Shown here one piece after another: positions 9,180-19,308 of a stretch of DNA of 64,000 nucleotides (positions are counted from its first letter, which is position 1; each line of letters begins with the position of its first letter). Origin of the DNA: a virus; the IMG/VR virus record IMGVR_UViG_3300020421_000003; one strand, 5' to 3'. Below the pieces are notes generated by a model. It had not been told where the DNA came from. It saw nothing but the letters and a program-made list of their open reading frames with translations, and did no database searches. Both the position numbers and the translations under genes were made by a program.

Positions 9180-9795
9180 GATAATGATTAGAAAATGCTG
9201 TAATATTAAATGATAGAGAGATCCTGTCACCTTCACCAGCAGACTTGCTGACTGCATGTTGTAACCATGCTGGAAAGATTACGAGTTGATCTTCTTCTGG
9301 AAACACATCATGCTCTGTCTCATTCATGTGATCCCATCGATGTACATTGTTACCATCACCCCAGTATTCTTTCATTTGTGAGTAACTAAGGTCACGAATG
9401 AATGAGAGATGACCATAACAACAGTCAGGTAGTTTCAAATAATATACACCAGACAACACACCACCAGGATGTGTGTGGACGTGATTAAATGCACCCTTGT
9501 TATTGATATTGATCCACATGTTGATCATCTTCAACGTGTAGTCATTGAATCCAAACTCATCAGCAGCAGCATATGCTCGCTCCATGATGGCGTTTCTAAT
9601 ATCTTTGAGTGGATTGATATCCATGACACTATCAATAAAGTCATGCGATTGCCATCCACCCATGTTGGATTGTTTACGACCCTCAGGGTCTTCATCCTTC
9701 ACACGATATACAAAATTAGTAAGAGATTCTCGGTCTATGCCTACATTATCAAACTTCCAAACAGGTGTTGGAAATATCAATTCAGTTTTCATCAC
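9157..9795 (-). CDS. putative 2OG-Fe(II) oxygenase, TIGR02466-like
   Basis: IFPTP, SNMGGWQS, HTHPG..LSGVYY, IFPAWLQH, RISLSFN. Confidence 0.9.
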   Translation of the reverse strand: MMKTELIFPTPVWKFDNVGIDRESLTNFVYRVKDEDPEGRKQSNMGGWQSHDFIDSVMDINPLKDIRNAIMERAYAAADEFGFNDYTLKMINMWININNKGAFNHVHTHPGGVLSGVYYLKLPDCCYGHLSFIRDLSYSQMKEYWGDGNNVHRWDHMNETEHDVFPEEDQLVIFPAWLQHAVSKSAGEGDRISLSFNITAFSNHYHEIYPSR

Positions 9796-10169
9796 TCAGC
9801 AAAAGTAAACTCACGCTCAGTAACTTCTGGATCCACATGATTTTTATAGAGAGACAATGCTTCAACAGCACCTGATAGTTTATTCATCATATCTCTCTTG
9901 ATTTGCAATTCTTCCAGTGAGATCTTTGTAATCGTAGAAGTGTAATGCATGTTATCAAGTGCTTCCTGCAGTTTGATATACTCTTCCTTGACATCATCAT
10001 ACTGTTGGATGAAATTCATGACGAGTTGATCAAAAGTGATAAGTCCTTCAATCTCTTCTAGGACTCCTTTCTTTTCTTCTTCAGTTGCAACTCCTGCCTG
10101 TGTAGCAAGATCCACTTCAAGCACATCTTGCACGCCTGGTGCAGTGATCTGCGATTCTTCTTTTGCCAT
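9792..10169 (-). CDS. hypothetical coiled-coil protein
   Basis: 125-aa acidic helical ORF coupled to neighbours. Confidence 0.65.
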   Translation of the reverse strand: MAKEESQITAPGVQDVLEVDLATQAGVATEEEKKGVLEEIEGLITFDQLVMNFIQQYDDVKEEYIKLQEALDNMHYTSTITKISLEELQIKRDMMNKLSGAVEALSLYKNHVDPEVTEREFTFAE

Positions 10170-10171
10170 AG

Positions 10172-11059
10172 TTACATAAACCTCTTGATGTTTTTATTTA
10201 GTGCAAGGATTACCTTGTGTGATGCAATGCGCTCCTTGATGGTTTCCATCTCCATAAAATGTTTATGTCGTTGGTATTCCATGATAGCATTGTTTTCAAA
10301 GTCTGCCTCATTGGCAGTCTCGCAATGAAAATCAATGTTCCTATTACTTAGGAGACTTCTATGCACTGGCACCCATTGACAGAGTGGAGTGCCTGCTTTA
10401 ATTAGATACTCACCCTCCTCAATCTTGTGCCAGAATAGTTGTAAGTTAATCTCGTATGAATACGATGGATCAACTATACCTGTAGGTGGTGTGAATCTAT
10501 CCTCATCCCAATAGGGAATAGGCATTTGAATAAACACAATATCAGGGTGTGCTTGTACTCTCCATGGCAATTCTAGTTTAATTGTCCAGTCAAGTACATC
10601 TTTCTGCTGGTTAACTAACTCACGCACACCTGTAGTCTGCTCAGGTATATGTGCTGACACATATTTGCCTGGATTACCTGGACCACCTGTTTTTGTGCAG
10701 AATCTCATTTGTGAGATCCATTGAAAGTTTACACCCGTGCCATCAGTCTTGATCAGAATATCAGCAGGACATTTTAACACATAACCTGAGTCCATAACAT
10801 CACGCAATGCAGGGCATGTTACGGCATGTTCGTATAACTCAGGGATGCTATCATCTCCTCTTAATTCAGCAGACATTCTCTCCCAGAGTTTAGTCACCCT
10901 GAGATATGGGCAGCGTTTCTCTTTACTAGCAGTCTGCTTTAGTGCTTCTGTCCGCCACTTACGATGCAGTTTTGCTGCAGGTATCCATGGTTGCAATTCA
11001 GCAACTCCAGGATCAACGGAATAGAATCTAACCCACGGTTTCTTCTTCTTGAAGATCAT
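10172..11059 (-). CDS. hypothetical protein (dUTPase-like/DUF6065-like fold suspected)
   Basis: TCPA..D.M.SGY....PAD, GIVD, IKAGTPLCQ..P. Confidence 0.55.
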   Translation of the reverse strand: MIFKKKKPWVRFYSVDPGVAELQPWIPAAKLHRKWRTEALKQTASKEKRCPYLRVTKLWERMSAELRGDDSIPELYEHAVTCPALRDVMDSGYVLKCPADILIKTDGTGVNFQWISQMRFCTKTGGPGNPGKYVSAHIPEQTTGVRELVNQQKDVLDWTIKLELPWRVQAHPDIVFIQMPIPYWDEDRFTPPTGIVDPSYSYEINLQLFWHKIEEGEYLIKAGTPLCQWVPVHRSLLSNRNIDFHCETANEADFENNAIMEYQRHKHFMEMETIKERIASHKVILALNKNIKRFM

Positions 11060-12641
11060 AAATGTTGTCCCTCAGGTACTCATAGTGTGATGGTAGTTGA
11101 TCAACCCAGTCGATCATCATTTTGCGGTCTTGTTGGTATTTAGTATGAATATCATGGATGTCATCCATCCACTCATCTAATTCAGGGGCAGTAGACTTCT
11201 TCTCGTGATACATTCCTTCTGAGAATGGACGATAACCCTGACCAGCAGCAATGTAGATAGATCCACTATGTTGCTCCAGGTTATTGAATGCATTCTCCAT
11301 ACCTTCAAGCATAACAACTGTATTACCATGAGCAACCCTAGTTGAATGTCTCCATGTAGGGTCAATATCAAAGTTAATGTTAGTGCAATCTCTCCAGTAT
11401 TGGTTGTCATCACGTTGACTGAGTGCATAGTGAAGTGCAACGAAACACTTCATTGCTTCAATCATGTTATCACAACTGTAGTTAAATGCATCCTGCTCCA
11501 TTCTAGCATAGAATCCCTGTCTTTTCTCTAAAACATCACACAACAGCAAGACATTCTCGTGTGTTGTCATCAGTCCAGTAGATTCTAGAGGTTCTAAGAA
11601 TGCATAGGACAATCCAATGCCCACAACATTCTTAACCCATGCCTTATTACGTTTACCATGTTTAATATCAATCTTGCGTAGTTTGGCATCTTTAGCAATT
11701 TCAGGCGTATATCTCTCACTGAGATACTCTCTAAACTCTACCTCTGCCTCACACTCATTGATATAATCAGACGAGTAAACATATCCTGTGCCAACACGAT
11801 TCCATAGTGGGATATTCCATACCCATCCTGCATCCATTGCAACACAGTCAGTATATGTTTCCATCTGATTCTCACGATCAGAGTATGGAATCTGTGTTGC
11901 TAGTGCTGTATCATTGAATAGTTTATCCTTGAATGATATAAACTCACTACCCATATGCTGCTCAAGTAACAGTGACTTGAAACCTGTGCAGTCAATGTAT
12001 AGATCAGCACGAATCAATCCATCCTGATCAGTAACAAGTGAGTCAATACTACCATCAGGATTCTTCATTACCTTCTCAATTGTGCCCTTGAGATGTAACA
12101 CACCATTAGGAATACAGATAGTATCTCTTAGATAGTTACCAAACAATCCTGCATCAAAATGATATGCAGTATCCTTATCCATATTATAGATGCAGTCAGG
12201 AATAGCATCAGCAGAGATCTTACATTGATCTGCTAAGTATGTCTGACTGTTGGCAAAGTTAGCAAATTGCTCTGGTGGATACTTCTCCATACCATATTCA
12301 CATTGCAACTCAAAGTATCTCATCAATGAGTCTTTATAATCAAATAGATCAAACTCTCCGAATGGATATTGGAATCTCTCTCCCTTACCATCTCTGAAAT
12401 TCTTAAATGCAATTGATGTCTTGTAAGTTGCATTACATGCAGGCATCCAGTCTTTATCTTTCAATCCCAATCTTCTTAGGAATCGATTAAAGTGACCCAA
12501 TGTAGATTCACCCACACCAATTGGTCCCTCAGCACCTTCAATCAGACCAATCTGCATCTTAGGGAATGTTTTGGATAACATTGCTGCTGTCATCCAACCA
12601 CTGCTACCACCACCAACAATAACAATAGATTCAACTCGCAT
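11028..12641 (-). CDS. flavin-dependent halogenase (tryptophan halogenase/PrnA family)
   Basis: GGGSSG FAD motif, GVGEST, ATYK catalytic Lys, GWVWNIP, FLEPLESTG. Confidence 0.92.
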   Translation of the reverse strand: MRVESIVIVGGGSSGWMTAAMLSKTFPKMQIGLIEGAEGPIGVGESTLGHFNRFLRRLGLKDKDWMPACNATYKTSIAFKNFRDGKGERFQYPFGEFDLFDYKDSLMRYFELQCEYGMEKYPPEQFANFANSQTYLADQCKISADAIPDCIYNMDKDTAYHFDAGLFGNYLRDTICIPNGVLHLKGTIEKVMKNPDGSIDSLVTDQDGLIRADLYIDCTGFKSLLLEQHMGSEFISFKDKLFNDTALATQIPYSDRENQMETYTDCVAMDAGWVWNIPLWNRVGTGYVYSSDYINECEAEVEFREYLSERYTPEIAKDAKLRKIDIKHGKRNKAWVKNVVGIGLSYAFLEPLESTGLMTTHENVLLLCDVLEKRQGFYARMEQDAFNYSCDNMIEAMKCFVALHYALSQRDDNQYWRDCTNINFDIDPTWRHSTRVAHGNTVVMLEGMENAFNNLEQHSGSIYIAAGQGYRPFSEGMYHEKKSTAPELDEWMDDIHDIHTKYQQDRKMMIDWVDQLPSHYEYLRDNIYDLQEEETVG

Positions 12642-14076
12642 ATAATGTCCTCAAATAATAATTAAGCGGTGTCGTCATAGTATCTATACCCTCGTAGGGA
12701 GGGATCTCAAAGGTATTTGCACGAGCATTAGTAGGCACACCACCGAAGAATTCCATCTCATCTAGTATAACATCATTAAATGGATTCCATCCATGTCCTG
12801 CCATCACACACAACAATGAATCACTCTCCCATGTAATCTTGATCGGGAAGTGAATCGATTGCTCCATATAATTGATCTGGGCAGACTTAAACAGATTATC
12901 ATATGGATATCTGATATTAGAAACTGCTCTCCAATATGGTGAGTCATTACGTTGAGTCATTGCATAATGCAGTGCAACGAAAGATGCAAACCCATCAAAA
13001 TTATAGTTGGAGTTGTTATTGAAGGTGTCTCTCATAAACTGAGTGACATGATCCTTACCTGCCATTACTCGGCAGAATTGTGTCAAGAATGTGTGTGTAG
13101 ATAGCAGACCATTTGACTCTAGAGGTTCGATAAATCCTGCACTCAAACCAATAGAAACAACCTTACCATTCCATATCTCTTTCTTACGTCCTGTCTTATA
13201 TTCTATCAGTCTGAATCCATGCTCATCGGGATTAACCTTGAGGTGAGTTGCAAACTCCTGTAGTGCATCATCTGTAGAGATATACTTATCACAGAAATTA
13301 TATCCTGTGCCAATTCTCTCCCATGTTGGTACATTCCATACCCATCCTGATGACAATGCAGTGCAATCAGTGACAGGTTTCAACTGCTCCTCTTTATTAG
13401 TATAAGGGAGACGTGTTACCCATGCTCTATTATTAGGTAGGTAGTCACTGTAATCAATCCACTCACTATCATTCAGCAGTGATTTGAATCCAGTGCAATC
13501 AAAGAATAGATCATAGTCTTCATTCAATATATCCCTAGTTAGATGCTCCTGCTCATACCTTACACCACGAGGTATTGCATAGTTTTCCTTCAACCAGTTT
13601 GCAAACTTAACTGCATCAAAGTGAAACCCTGTTTGTCCACCAATCTTAAAGTATTCATGATCAACAGGCAGCAAATTCTTTTCAGCACAATATGCTGTCA
13701 CATAAAAGTCTTTGGCAAACTGATCATTAGTCCACCCACGTTTTGCCTGAGCATACCACCACACATCTGGTGGGATATCAGTATCAGTTCTTGGTTGACC
13801 AAAAGGATACTGCCAAGGTCTATCACCAACTTTATTAAAATTATGAAACCTTACACTAATCTTATAGGTTGCATCACATGCAGTCATCCACTCTTCATCT
13901 TTAAGACCTAGGAAGTGCAACCACTGTCTAAACAACTGCGTTGTAGATTCACCCACGCCAACACTGGCAACTTTGGGCGATTCAATCAGGGTTATATCCC
14001 AATCTGGAAATGCTTTTACAAGAGTAGAGGCGGTCATCCAACCAGACGATCCGCCACCAACAATACAAATTTTCAT
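12631..14076 (-). CDS. flavin-dependent halogenase (tryptophan halogenase/PrnA family)
   Basis: GGGSSG, GVGEST, ATYK, GWVWNVP, FIEPLESNG. Confidence 0.92.
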   Translation of the reverse strand: MKICIVGGGSSGWMTASTLVKAFPDWDITLIESPKVASVGVGESTTQLFRQWLHFLGLKDEEWMTACDATYKISVRFHNFNKVGDRPWQYPFGQPRTDTDIPPDVWWYAQAKRGWTNDQFAKDFYVTAYCAEKNLLPVDHEYFKIGGQTGFHFDAVKFANWLKENYAIPRGVRYEQEHLTRDILNEDYDLFFDCTGFKSLLNDSEWIDYSDYLPNNRAWVTRLPYTNKEEQLKPVTDCTALSSGWVWNVPTWERIGTGYNFCDKYISTDDALQEFATHLKVNPDEHGFRLIEYKTGRKKEIWNGKVVSIGLSAGFIEPLESNGLLSTHTFLTQFCRVMAGKDHVTQFMRDTFNNNSNYNFDGFASFVALHYAMTQRNDSPYWRAVSNIRYPYDNLFKSAQINYMEQSIHFPIKITWESDSLLCVMAGHGWNPFNDVILDEMEFFGGVPTNARANTFEIPPYEGIDTMTTPLNYYLRTLYAS

Positions 14077-14111
14077 ATAATAAAGAAAGTCTTAGACTTT
14101 AGATCACTATC

Positions 14112-14540
14112 TTACACAGGTGGAGTCCAGTTGTCAACCCATTGATCCCATGCTTTACGTCCTTCAAGTTGTGAGTGCTTAGGATTAGGCACGTATTCAG
14201 GAATACTACTAGGTGAAGTTGTGGTTGCTCTTACATTAGCAATGTGATCTTTCCAACGTGTGCCACCATCTAACTGATCCAAATACTGCATCTCTAGTTG
14301 CTCACCAGTGGTGCCATATCCTAGGACACGGGTAACAGTTGCACGCTCTTTGTGATCCTCAAGGTCATCTCTATGGACACATACGCCATTGATCATACTG
14401 TGCTCATAGGTGACATCATCAGGTACTGGCACCCACTTCATGTTAGCGTCTGGACCTTCATAGATCTCAAACTTATCTTCTTCATCGCAGATGTCGTTAA
14501 GTTGACCTGTCGCTGCGTCGCAGATTGCCCATTTAGCCAT
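14112..14540 (-). CDS. putative tail-fibre assembly/accessory protein
   Basis: Y.T.GEQLEMQY.D...G.T.WKDHI..VR resembles small proteins that follow fibre genes; late TAAATA upstream. Confidence 0.45.
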   Translation of the reverse strand: MAKWAICDAATGQLNDICDEEDKFEIYEGPDANMKWVPVPDDVTYEHSMINGVCVHRDDLEDHKERATVTRVLGYGTTGEQLEMQYLDQLDGGTRWKDHIANVRATTTSPSSIPEYVPNPKHSQLEGRKAWDQWVDNWTPPV

Positions 14541-14571
14541 GATAGATTAAAATCTCCTTCGTTGTTATTTA

Positions 14572-15381
14572 TCAGCTGTAGTATTCGTAAACTACAACTA
14601 CACCTTCACGTCCTCTAGCACCTCTGTTACCGTGCTGAGATCCGTTACCACCCGCGCCCCATGCGGCGTGTGATTGGTGTCTATGTGAATAGTTGCCTTG
14701 GTTGTGTGATGATGGTTGAGATCCACCCATGAAGGATGATCCACCAGAGTGGTTGCCATAACTATAGTGAGATCCGTGACCATTGCCACCTCCACCATAG
14801 ATATTCAGGGTGCCACCTGACCCATTGCCACCGATACCACCAGCATGTTGCTGACGGCAGTTTGCGCCGTATCCGCCCGATGCTGAGCAGAATGATCCAA
14901 AACTTGATGAGTTACCGTTACCACCACATCCAGCGTAGTTTGTACCACCGCCAGGACTACCGATAGTAACTGAAACACTCGAAGTGTTAGTTACATCAAT
15001 AACTCTCTCTGCCATACCACCAGCACCTGCTGATTCACAATAACCTGATCCCCCGCCACCAGCGCCGACTACGACGACTTTAATTGATGCAACACCACTA
15101 GGTCTAGACCATGTGCCATTAGATGTCCACACTTGCATGGACCTGAATCCACCTGTAGCAGAAACTCCTGACCATTGTAGACTACTACCATTGGTAGATA
15201 GATACTTACCACTTTGTCCCGAAAGCGACGGGATCACATAAGTAGATGCCCCCGAAATACTGCCGTTAATGTTAAGGTTGGTGACCTTTAATTCACCGTT
15301 CGCAGTAATTTGACCACTGTTGAGGGTAAATCCACCCACACCAGAAGGATCTCGTACTGTAGTAACTTTTAAGACGCTCAT
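14572..15381 (-). CDS. glycine-rich fibre-like virion protein, paralogue 3 (269 aa)
   Basis: GKYLSTNGSSLQW fibre repeat; WTSNGTW..P...V.V.GAGGGG and Gly-rich domain ending GVVVVYEY. Confidence 0.75.
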   Translation of the reverse strand: MSVLKVTTVRDPSGVGGFTLNSGQITANGELKVTNLNINGSISGASTYVIPSLSGQSGKYLSTNGSSLQWSGVSATGGFRSMQVWTSNGTWSRPSGVASIKVVVVGAGGGGSGYCESAGAGGMAERVIDVTNTSSVSVTIGSPGGGTNYAGCGGNGNSSSFGSFCSASGGYGANCRQQHAGGIGGNGSGGTLNIYGGGGNGHGSHYSYGNHSGGSSFMGGSQPSSHNQGNYSHRHQSHAAWGAGGNGSQHGNRGARGREGVVVVYEYYS

Positions 15382-15404
15382 TTCGTAATGCCTTGACTTA
15401 GTAT

Positions 15405-16214
15405 TTATCCGAAGAATTCTTGGACTACAACTACACCCTCACGACCTCTAGCACCTCGGTTACCATGCTGAGATCCATTGCCACCAGCACCCCACGCGGC
15501 GTGAGATTGGTGTCTATGGGAATAGTTTGATTGACCATGAGACGATGGTTGTCCACCACCATAGTATGATCTACCAGAGGAATGGTTACCGTAACTGTGG
15601 TGTGATCCATGACCATTACCACCGCCACCGTATACATTTAGGGTGCCACCTGATCCATTACCACCAATGCCACCTGCGTGCTGTTGACGACAGTTAGCAC
15701 CATATCCACCAGATGCAGAGCAATAACTACCGAAAGAAGATGAGTTACCGTTACCACCACATCCTGCATAGTTTGTGCCACCACCAGGACTACCAACAGT
15801 AACTGAAACTGATGAGATATTAGTTACATCAATTACTCTTTCAGCGGTGCCACCAGCACCAGCGGACTCAGTATATCCACTGCCACCACCACCTGCTCCA
15901 GTAACAGTCACGATGATAGATTTACAGTTACTAGGTCTAGTCCATGTGCCATTAGATGTCCACACTTGCATAGATCTAATACCAGATCCACCACCAGCAC
16001 CTGCCCATTCAAGACCAGATGCACCTGCTCTCAGGTATTTGCCTTCGTTACCAGACATATTAGGAATAATGTAATCACTATTACCTGAGATCTTACCGTT
16101 GATGACGATGTTAGAGACCGTCAACGTCCCGATAGCGTGGATTTTACCTGTAGAAAGGAGAAACCCAGAGTTATCAGAAAGATCTTTAATAGATGATACT
16201 CTAATCTGTGACAT
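15405..16214 (-). CDS. glycine-rich fibre-like virion protein, paralogue 2 (269 aa)
   Basis: Colinear and highly similar to the flanking paralogues. Confidence 0.75.
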   Translation of the reverse strand: MSQIRVSSIKDLSDNSGFLLSTGKIHAIGTLTVSNIVINGKISGNSDYIIPNMSGNEGKYLRAGASGLEWAGAGGGSGIRSMQVWTSNGTWTRPSNCKSIIVTVTGAGGGGSGYTESAGAGGTAERVIDVTNISSVSVTVGSPGGGTNYAGCGGNGNSSSFGSYCSASGGYGANCRQQHAGGIGGNGSGGTLNVYGGGGNGHGSHHSYGNHSSGRSYYGGGQPSSHGQSNYSHRHQSHAAWGAGGNGSQHGNRGARGREGVVVVQEFFG

Positions 16215-16234
16215 AATAGTCTCTTTTTTAGTAT

Positions 16235-17044
16235 TTATCCGTAGAATTCGTGGACTACGACCACACCCTCACGTCCTCTAGCACCTCTATTTGAGTGCTG
16301 AGATCCGTTACCACCAGATCCCCATGCAGCATGAGACTGGTGTCTGTGAGAATAGTTTGATTGACCGTGGGATGATGGTTGTGCGCCACCGAAGTAACTC
16401 ACTCCTGAAGTGTGGTTACCATATGAGTGGTGAGATCCGTGTCCGTTACCCCCACCTCCGTAGATGTTAAGGGATCCTCCAGATCCGTTACCACCGTATC
16501 CACCAGCGTGCTGTGTACTACAGTTGGCACCGATTCCGCCACTGGCACTACAGTAGGATCCAAAGGAAGAAGAGTTACCGTTACCGCCACAACCAGAATA
16601 GTTTGTACCGCCACCAGGACTACCAATAGTAACTGAAACTGATGATACATTGGTCACATCAACTTGTCTCTGTGAAGTGCCAGCAGCACCACCAGATTCA
16701 CAGTGTCCGCTACCTCCACCACCTGCACCTGTCACCGTAACCATGATAGTTTTAACACCAGATGGTTTCGTCCAAGTACCATTAGAAGTCCATACTTGCA
16801 TGGATCTTACACCAGCAGCACTACTCAGATCACCCCATTGAAGTGATGATCCATTAGTGGTTAAAAATTTACCCTGATAACTAGAAGGGTTTGGAATAAT
16901 ATAGTTAGACGATCCAGCAATATTCCCATCAACTGAGAGATTAGTAACGGTTAGTGTGCCGTTAGCGGTCAATCCACCACTCGACAAGGTGAATCCACCG
17001 ATTCCACCTAAGTCCTTAATAGCGTTTACATTTAGCTGTGCCAT
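16235..17044 (-). CDS. glycine-rich fibre-like virion protein, paralogue 1 (269 aa)
   Basis: Colinear and highly similar to the two downstream paralogues. Confidence 0.75.
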   Translation of the reverse strand: MAQLNVNAIKDLGGIGGFTLSSGGLTANGTLTVTNLSVDGNIAGSSNYIIPNPSSYQGKFLTTNGSSLQWGDLSSAAGVRSMQVWTSNGTWTKPSGVKTIMVTVTGAGGGGSGHCESGGAAGTSQRQVDVTNVSSVSVTIGSPGGGTNYSGCGGNGNSSSFGSYCSASGGIGANCSTQHAGGYGGNGSGGSLNIYGGGGNGHGSHHSYGNHTSGVSYFGGAQPSSHGQSNYSHRHQSHAAWGSGGNGSQHSNRGARGREGVVVVHEFYG

Positions 17045-17065
17045 GCTACTTTAATTCCTACGTTG

Positions 17066-17620
17066 TTATTTATGTAATTTCCTGGTCTTAAACATCAGAG
17101 TCATTCTAAGCGAATCACTATACTGACTAACTGGTCTGACTCCGTGCCAGACATTACCAGGAAAACCTAAGATTGATCTAAACTTAGGTAATACCGAATG
17201 AGTTATCAATTGGTTTTCTTTATCCCAAAGAATAGTTTCTCCTCCAGAATCGACACCCCAAGATTTATTCACATAGACAATTATAGTCTTACTTGTATCT
17301 AGGGAATCATCAGTGTGTAGTCTTTGATCTTGCCCACATGTTTGAGCATTTGCATAACAACGAATCAAACAATCATCAGGATCTAAGTATGGTTTGATAT
17401 CTTTCCACACATCAAGTATCAATCCACTAATTTCATGCTCACAGTCATAACATGACTCCCCCAATGTAGTCGGTCCACCGAAAAAGATAGTCCAATGTGG
17501 AATACTCCTCCTTACTATACTAGGATGACTGAGATATCCCCATTTCCAGGCAGAATTTCTCAGGTATTCATATAATTCAGTTGCTCTAGATTCAGATATC
17601 GCATTTTCATGATAAAACAT
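17066..17620 (-). CDS. 2OG-Fe(II) oxygenase
   Basis: RCYANAQ, HTD, GGET, FPGNVWHGV, RMTL. Confidence 0.88.
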   Translation of the reverse strand: MFYHENAISESRATELYEYLRNSAWKWGYLSHPSIVRRSIPHWTIFFGGPTTLGESCYDCEHEISGLILDVWKDIKPYLDPDDCLIRCYANAQTCGQDQRLHTDDSLDTSKTIIVYVNKSWGVDSGGETILWDKENQLITHSVLPKFRSILGFPGNVWHGVRPVSQYSDSLRMTLMFKTRKLHK

Positions 17621-17626
17621 ATTCTT

Positions 17627-18454
17627 TTAACCCCAACCGAAGTATCCTTCGGCGTTTCCTAGGAATCTATTAACAAATGTTTGTGCTTGAGATTGATCAA
17701 TTGTGCCATTTGTCTGTCCCTTTGACACTAGAGCAGTCCAAACAAAACAGTTTGTTGATGTTGATTCGTATTGAGATGTGTCACTGTCAGAGTTACCTGC
17801 AAAAGTATTAACAGTAAATCCATTAGAGACATTACTACCTCCCCACCTACTACTACCAACAGTGCAGTATAAGTGAGAAACACCAGGGTCACTATTCTGG
17901 TTCCATGATTTGTTTACGATCCATGCATAAACCTTATCAAATTCTCCCACCGTAGCATTATTATATACTGTAAGTGCAGCAGGAGTGCCACCACCATTGT
18001 CAGCACCTAGGTTACCATATCTTGACCATCCATATCGAGTTTCTTGACCAGTTGGTGCGACTGCAATAGCAACCAAGGGCCAAGAATAACCAAGTGGAAT
18101 ATATTTGATCGAACTGAATGTTTGTAGATTACTATTATATCCCAGGTTACCACTGGCACTACCATCCCTTCTTACTTGAGTGTAGTTACCACCGTCATAC
18201 ATATCAGACTGAGCATCATTAATTCTGTCATCACCAGCATCTGTCTCATATTGATAGTTGGTGCCAGTTGATGCCCAACCTGTTTTCCTAGTCTGCATGT
18301 AGTCACGGAATGCTGTTAACTCAGAATCATTATATAAAGGGAAATCAACTACGCCACCACCTGAATTGGGATCACCAGCAGCACCACCAATTGTGCCTCT
18401 TCTTGCAATAGTAGCACCAAGGGGCGAAAATGCCCCTGACAGTCCAATACTCAT
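17627..18454 (-). CDS. putative virion protein
   Basis: G/S/T/N-rich beta-type composition, coupled to structural genes. Confidence 0.55.
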   Translation of the reverse strand: MSIGLSGAFSPLGATIARRGTIGGAAGDPNSGGGVVDFPLYNDSELTAFRDYMQTRKTGWASTGTNYQYETDAGDDRINDAQSDMYDGGNYTQVRRDGSASGNLGYNSNLQTFSSIKYIPLGYSWPLVAIAVAPTGQETRYGWSRYGNLGADNGGGTPAALTVYNNATVGEFDKVYAWIVNKSWNQNSDPGVSHLYCTVGSSRWGGSNVSNGFTVNTFAGNSDSDTSQYESTSTNCFVWTALVSKGQTNGTIDQSQAQTFVNRFLGNAEGYFGWG

Positions 18455-19308
18455 GATGCGTAGTTTCCTCCACTACCTAACACTGTATACTGACCCGTGG
18501 ATCCAGTGTTGAATGCAATGAATGAGAAAGATACAACACAAATACTACCACCAGTATGTCCAGGGTTAACACCCCCAGGCCATTTAATCACTTGTTGTTG
18601 ACCATCTACGTTGACTGTAGAGGGGATACCTGTACCACCAGCGTCGTTAATAATACATGTAATTGTATATGCCGCCGAGTCTGTGGGCATATTGTTAATA
18701 TTTAAGGTGAAGTTACCACCGCCAGTCTTTTCAATAAAGATAGCATTATTGTTATTAAAATCGTGAGTGATGTCACCAGCGGTGTTGTAGAAAGTCAGAC
18801 TTTCTTTTGTCTCAGAGAAGTGTAGCGTCCCTGTGCTAGTGATATGTCCAGATGTAATCTCTACAAATTCTGCAGTGCTGGAGTCTTCCTCACCAATAAC
18901 GTTCCATGCAGCACCATTTTCAACGGTAACTGTGAAACCGTTGTCAATCTGCACGGGACCAATCGTGGCACCGTTGGCAAACTCAGGACCACCGTTAGCA
19001 GTTGATCCAATAGTAATATTCTCTTGAATATTCTTTCCGTTTGTCCTGATGATAGAGTCTTCACCCAGTGAAGGACCACCACCACCGACATCATCCCAAC
19101 CAGGCACACCTTGGGCAGCATCTGCTTTATAGATCTGCGCCATGTCCTCGGTGGTGTTATACACCAACGTGCCATAGGCAGGTGTGCCTAAGGCAGTGAC
19201 TGCTGCTTGGTTAAGTGCAGGCAGGTTGATCTGCTCGGTTACCTGCAGTGCCTCCATAATGGCACGGGTAACCTGATCAATCTGATTGCCTATAATTTTG
19301 GTGGACAT
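18451..19308 (-). CDS. putative virion/fibre protein
   Basis: GTLVYNTT repeat, GGGPSLGEDSIIRTN, C-terminal IKWPGG domain. Confidence 0.65.
   Translation of the reverse strand: MSTKIIGNQIDQVTRAIMEALQVTEQINLPALNQAAVTALGTPAYGTLVYNTTEDMAQIYKADAAQGVPGWDDVGGGGPSLGEDSIIRTNGKNIQENITIGSTANGGPEFANGATIGPVQIDNGFTVTVENGAAWNVIGEEDSSTAEFVEITSGHITSTGTLHFSETKESLTFYNTAGDITHDFNNNNAIFIEKTGGGNFTLNINNMPTDSAAYTITCIINDAGGTGIPSTVNVDGQQQVIKWPGGVNPGHTGGSICVVSFSFIAFNTGSTGQYTVLGSGGNYAS

Larger units (their letters stand above)
14572..17044. repeat. tandem gene triplication (~830-bp period)
   Basis: Three 810-nt genes at offsets of 833 and 830 bp sharing DNA blocks such as GAGTTACCGTTACC and CCACCAGGACTACC. Confidence 0.85.

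Noticed and set aside
14572-17044. Repeats as a CRISPR array or DGR template/variable pair
   Set aside because: They are full-length coding paralogues; differences do not appear adenine-specific and no reverse transcriptase or cas gene is in the window.
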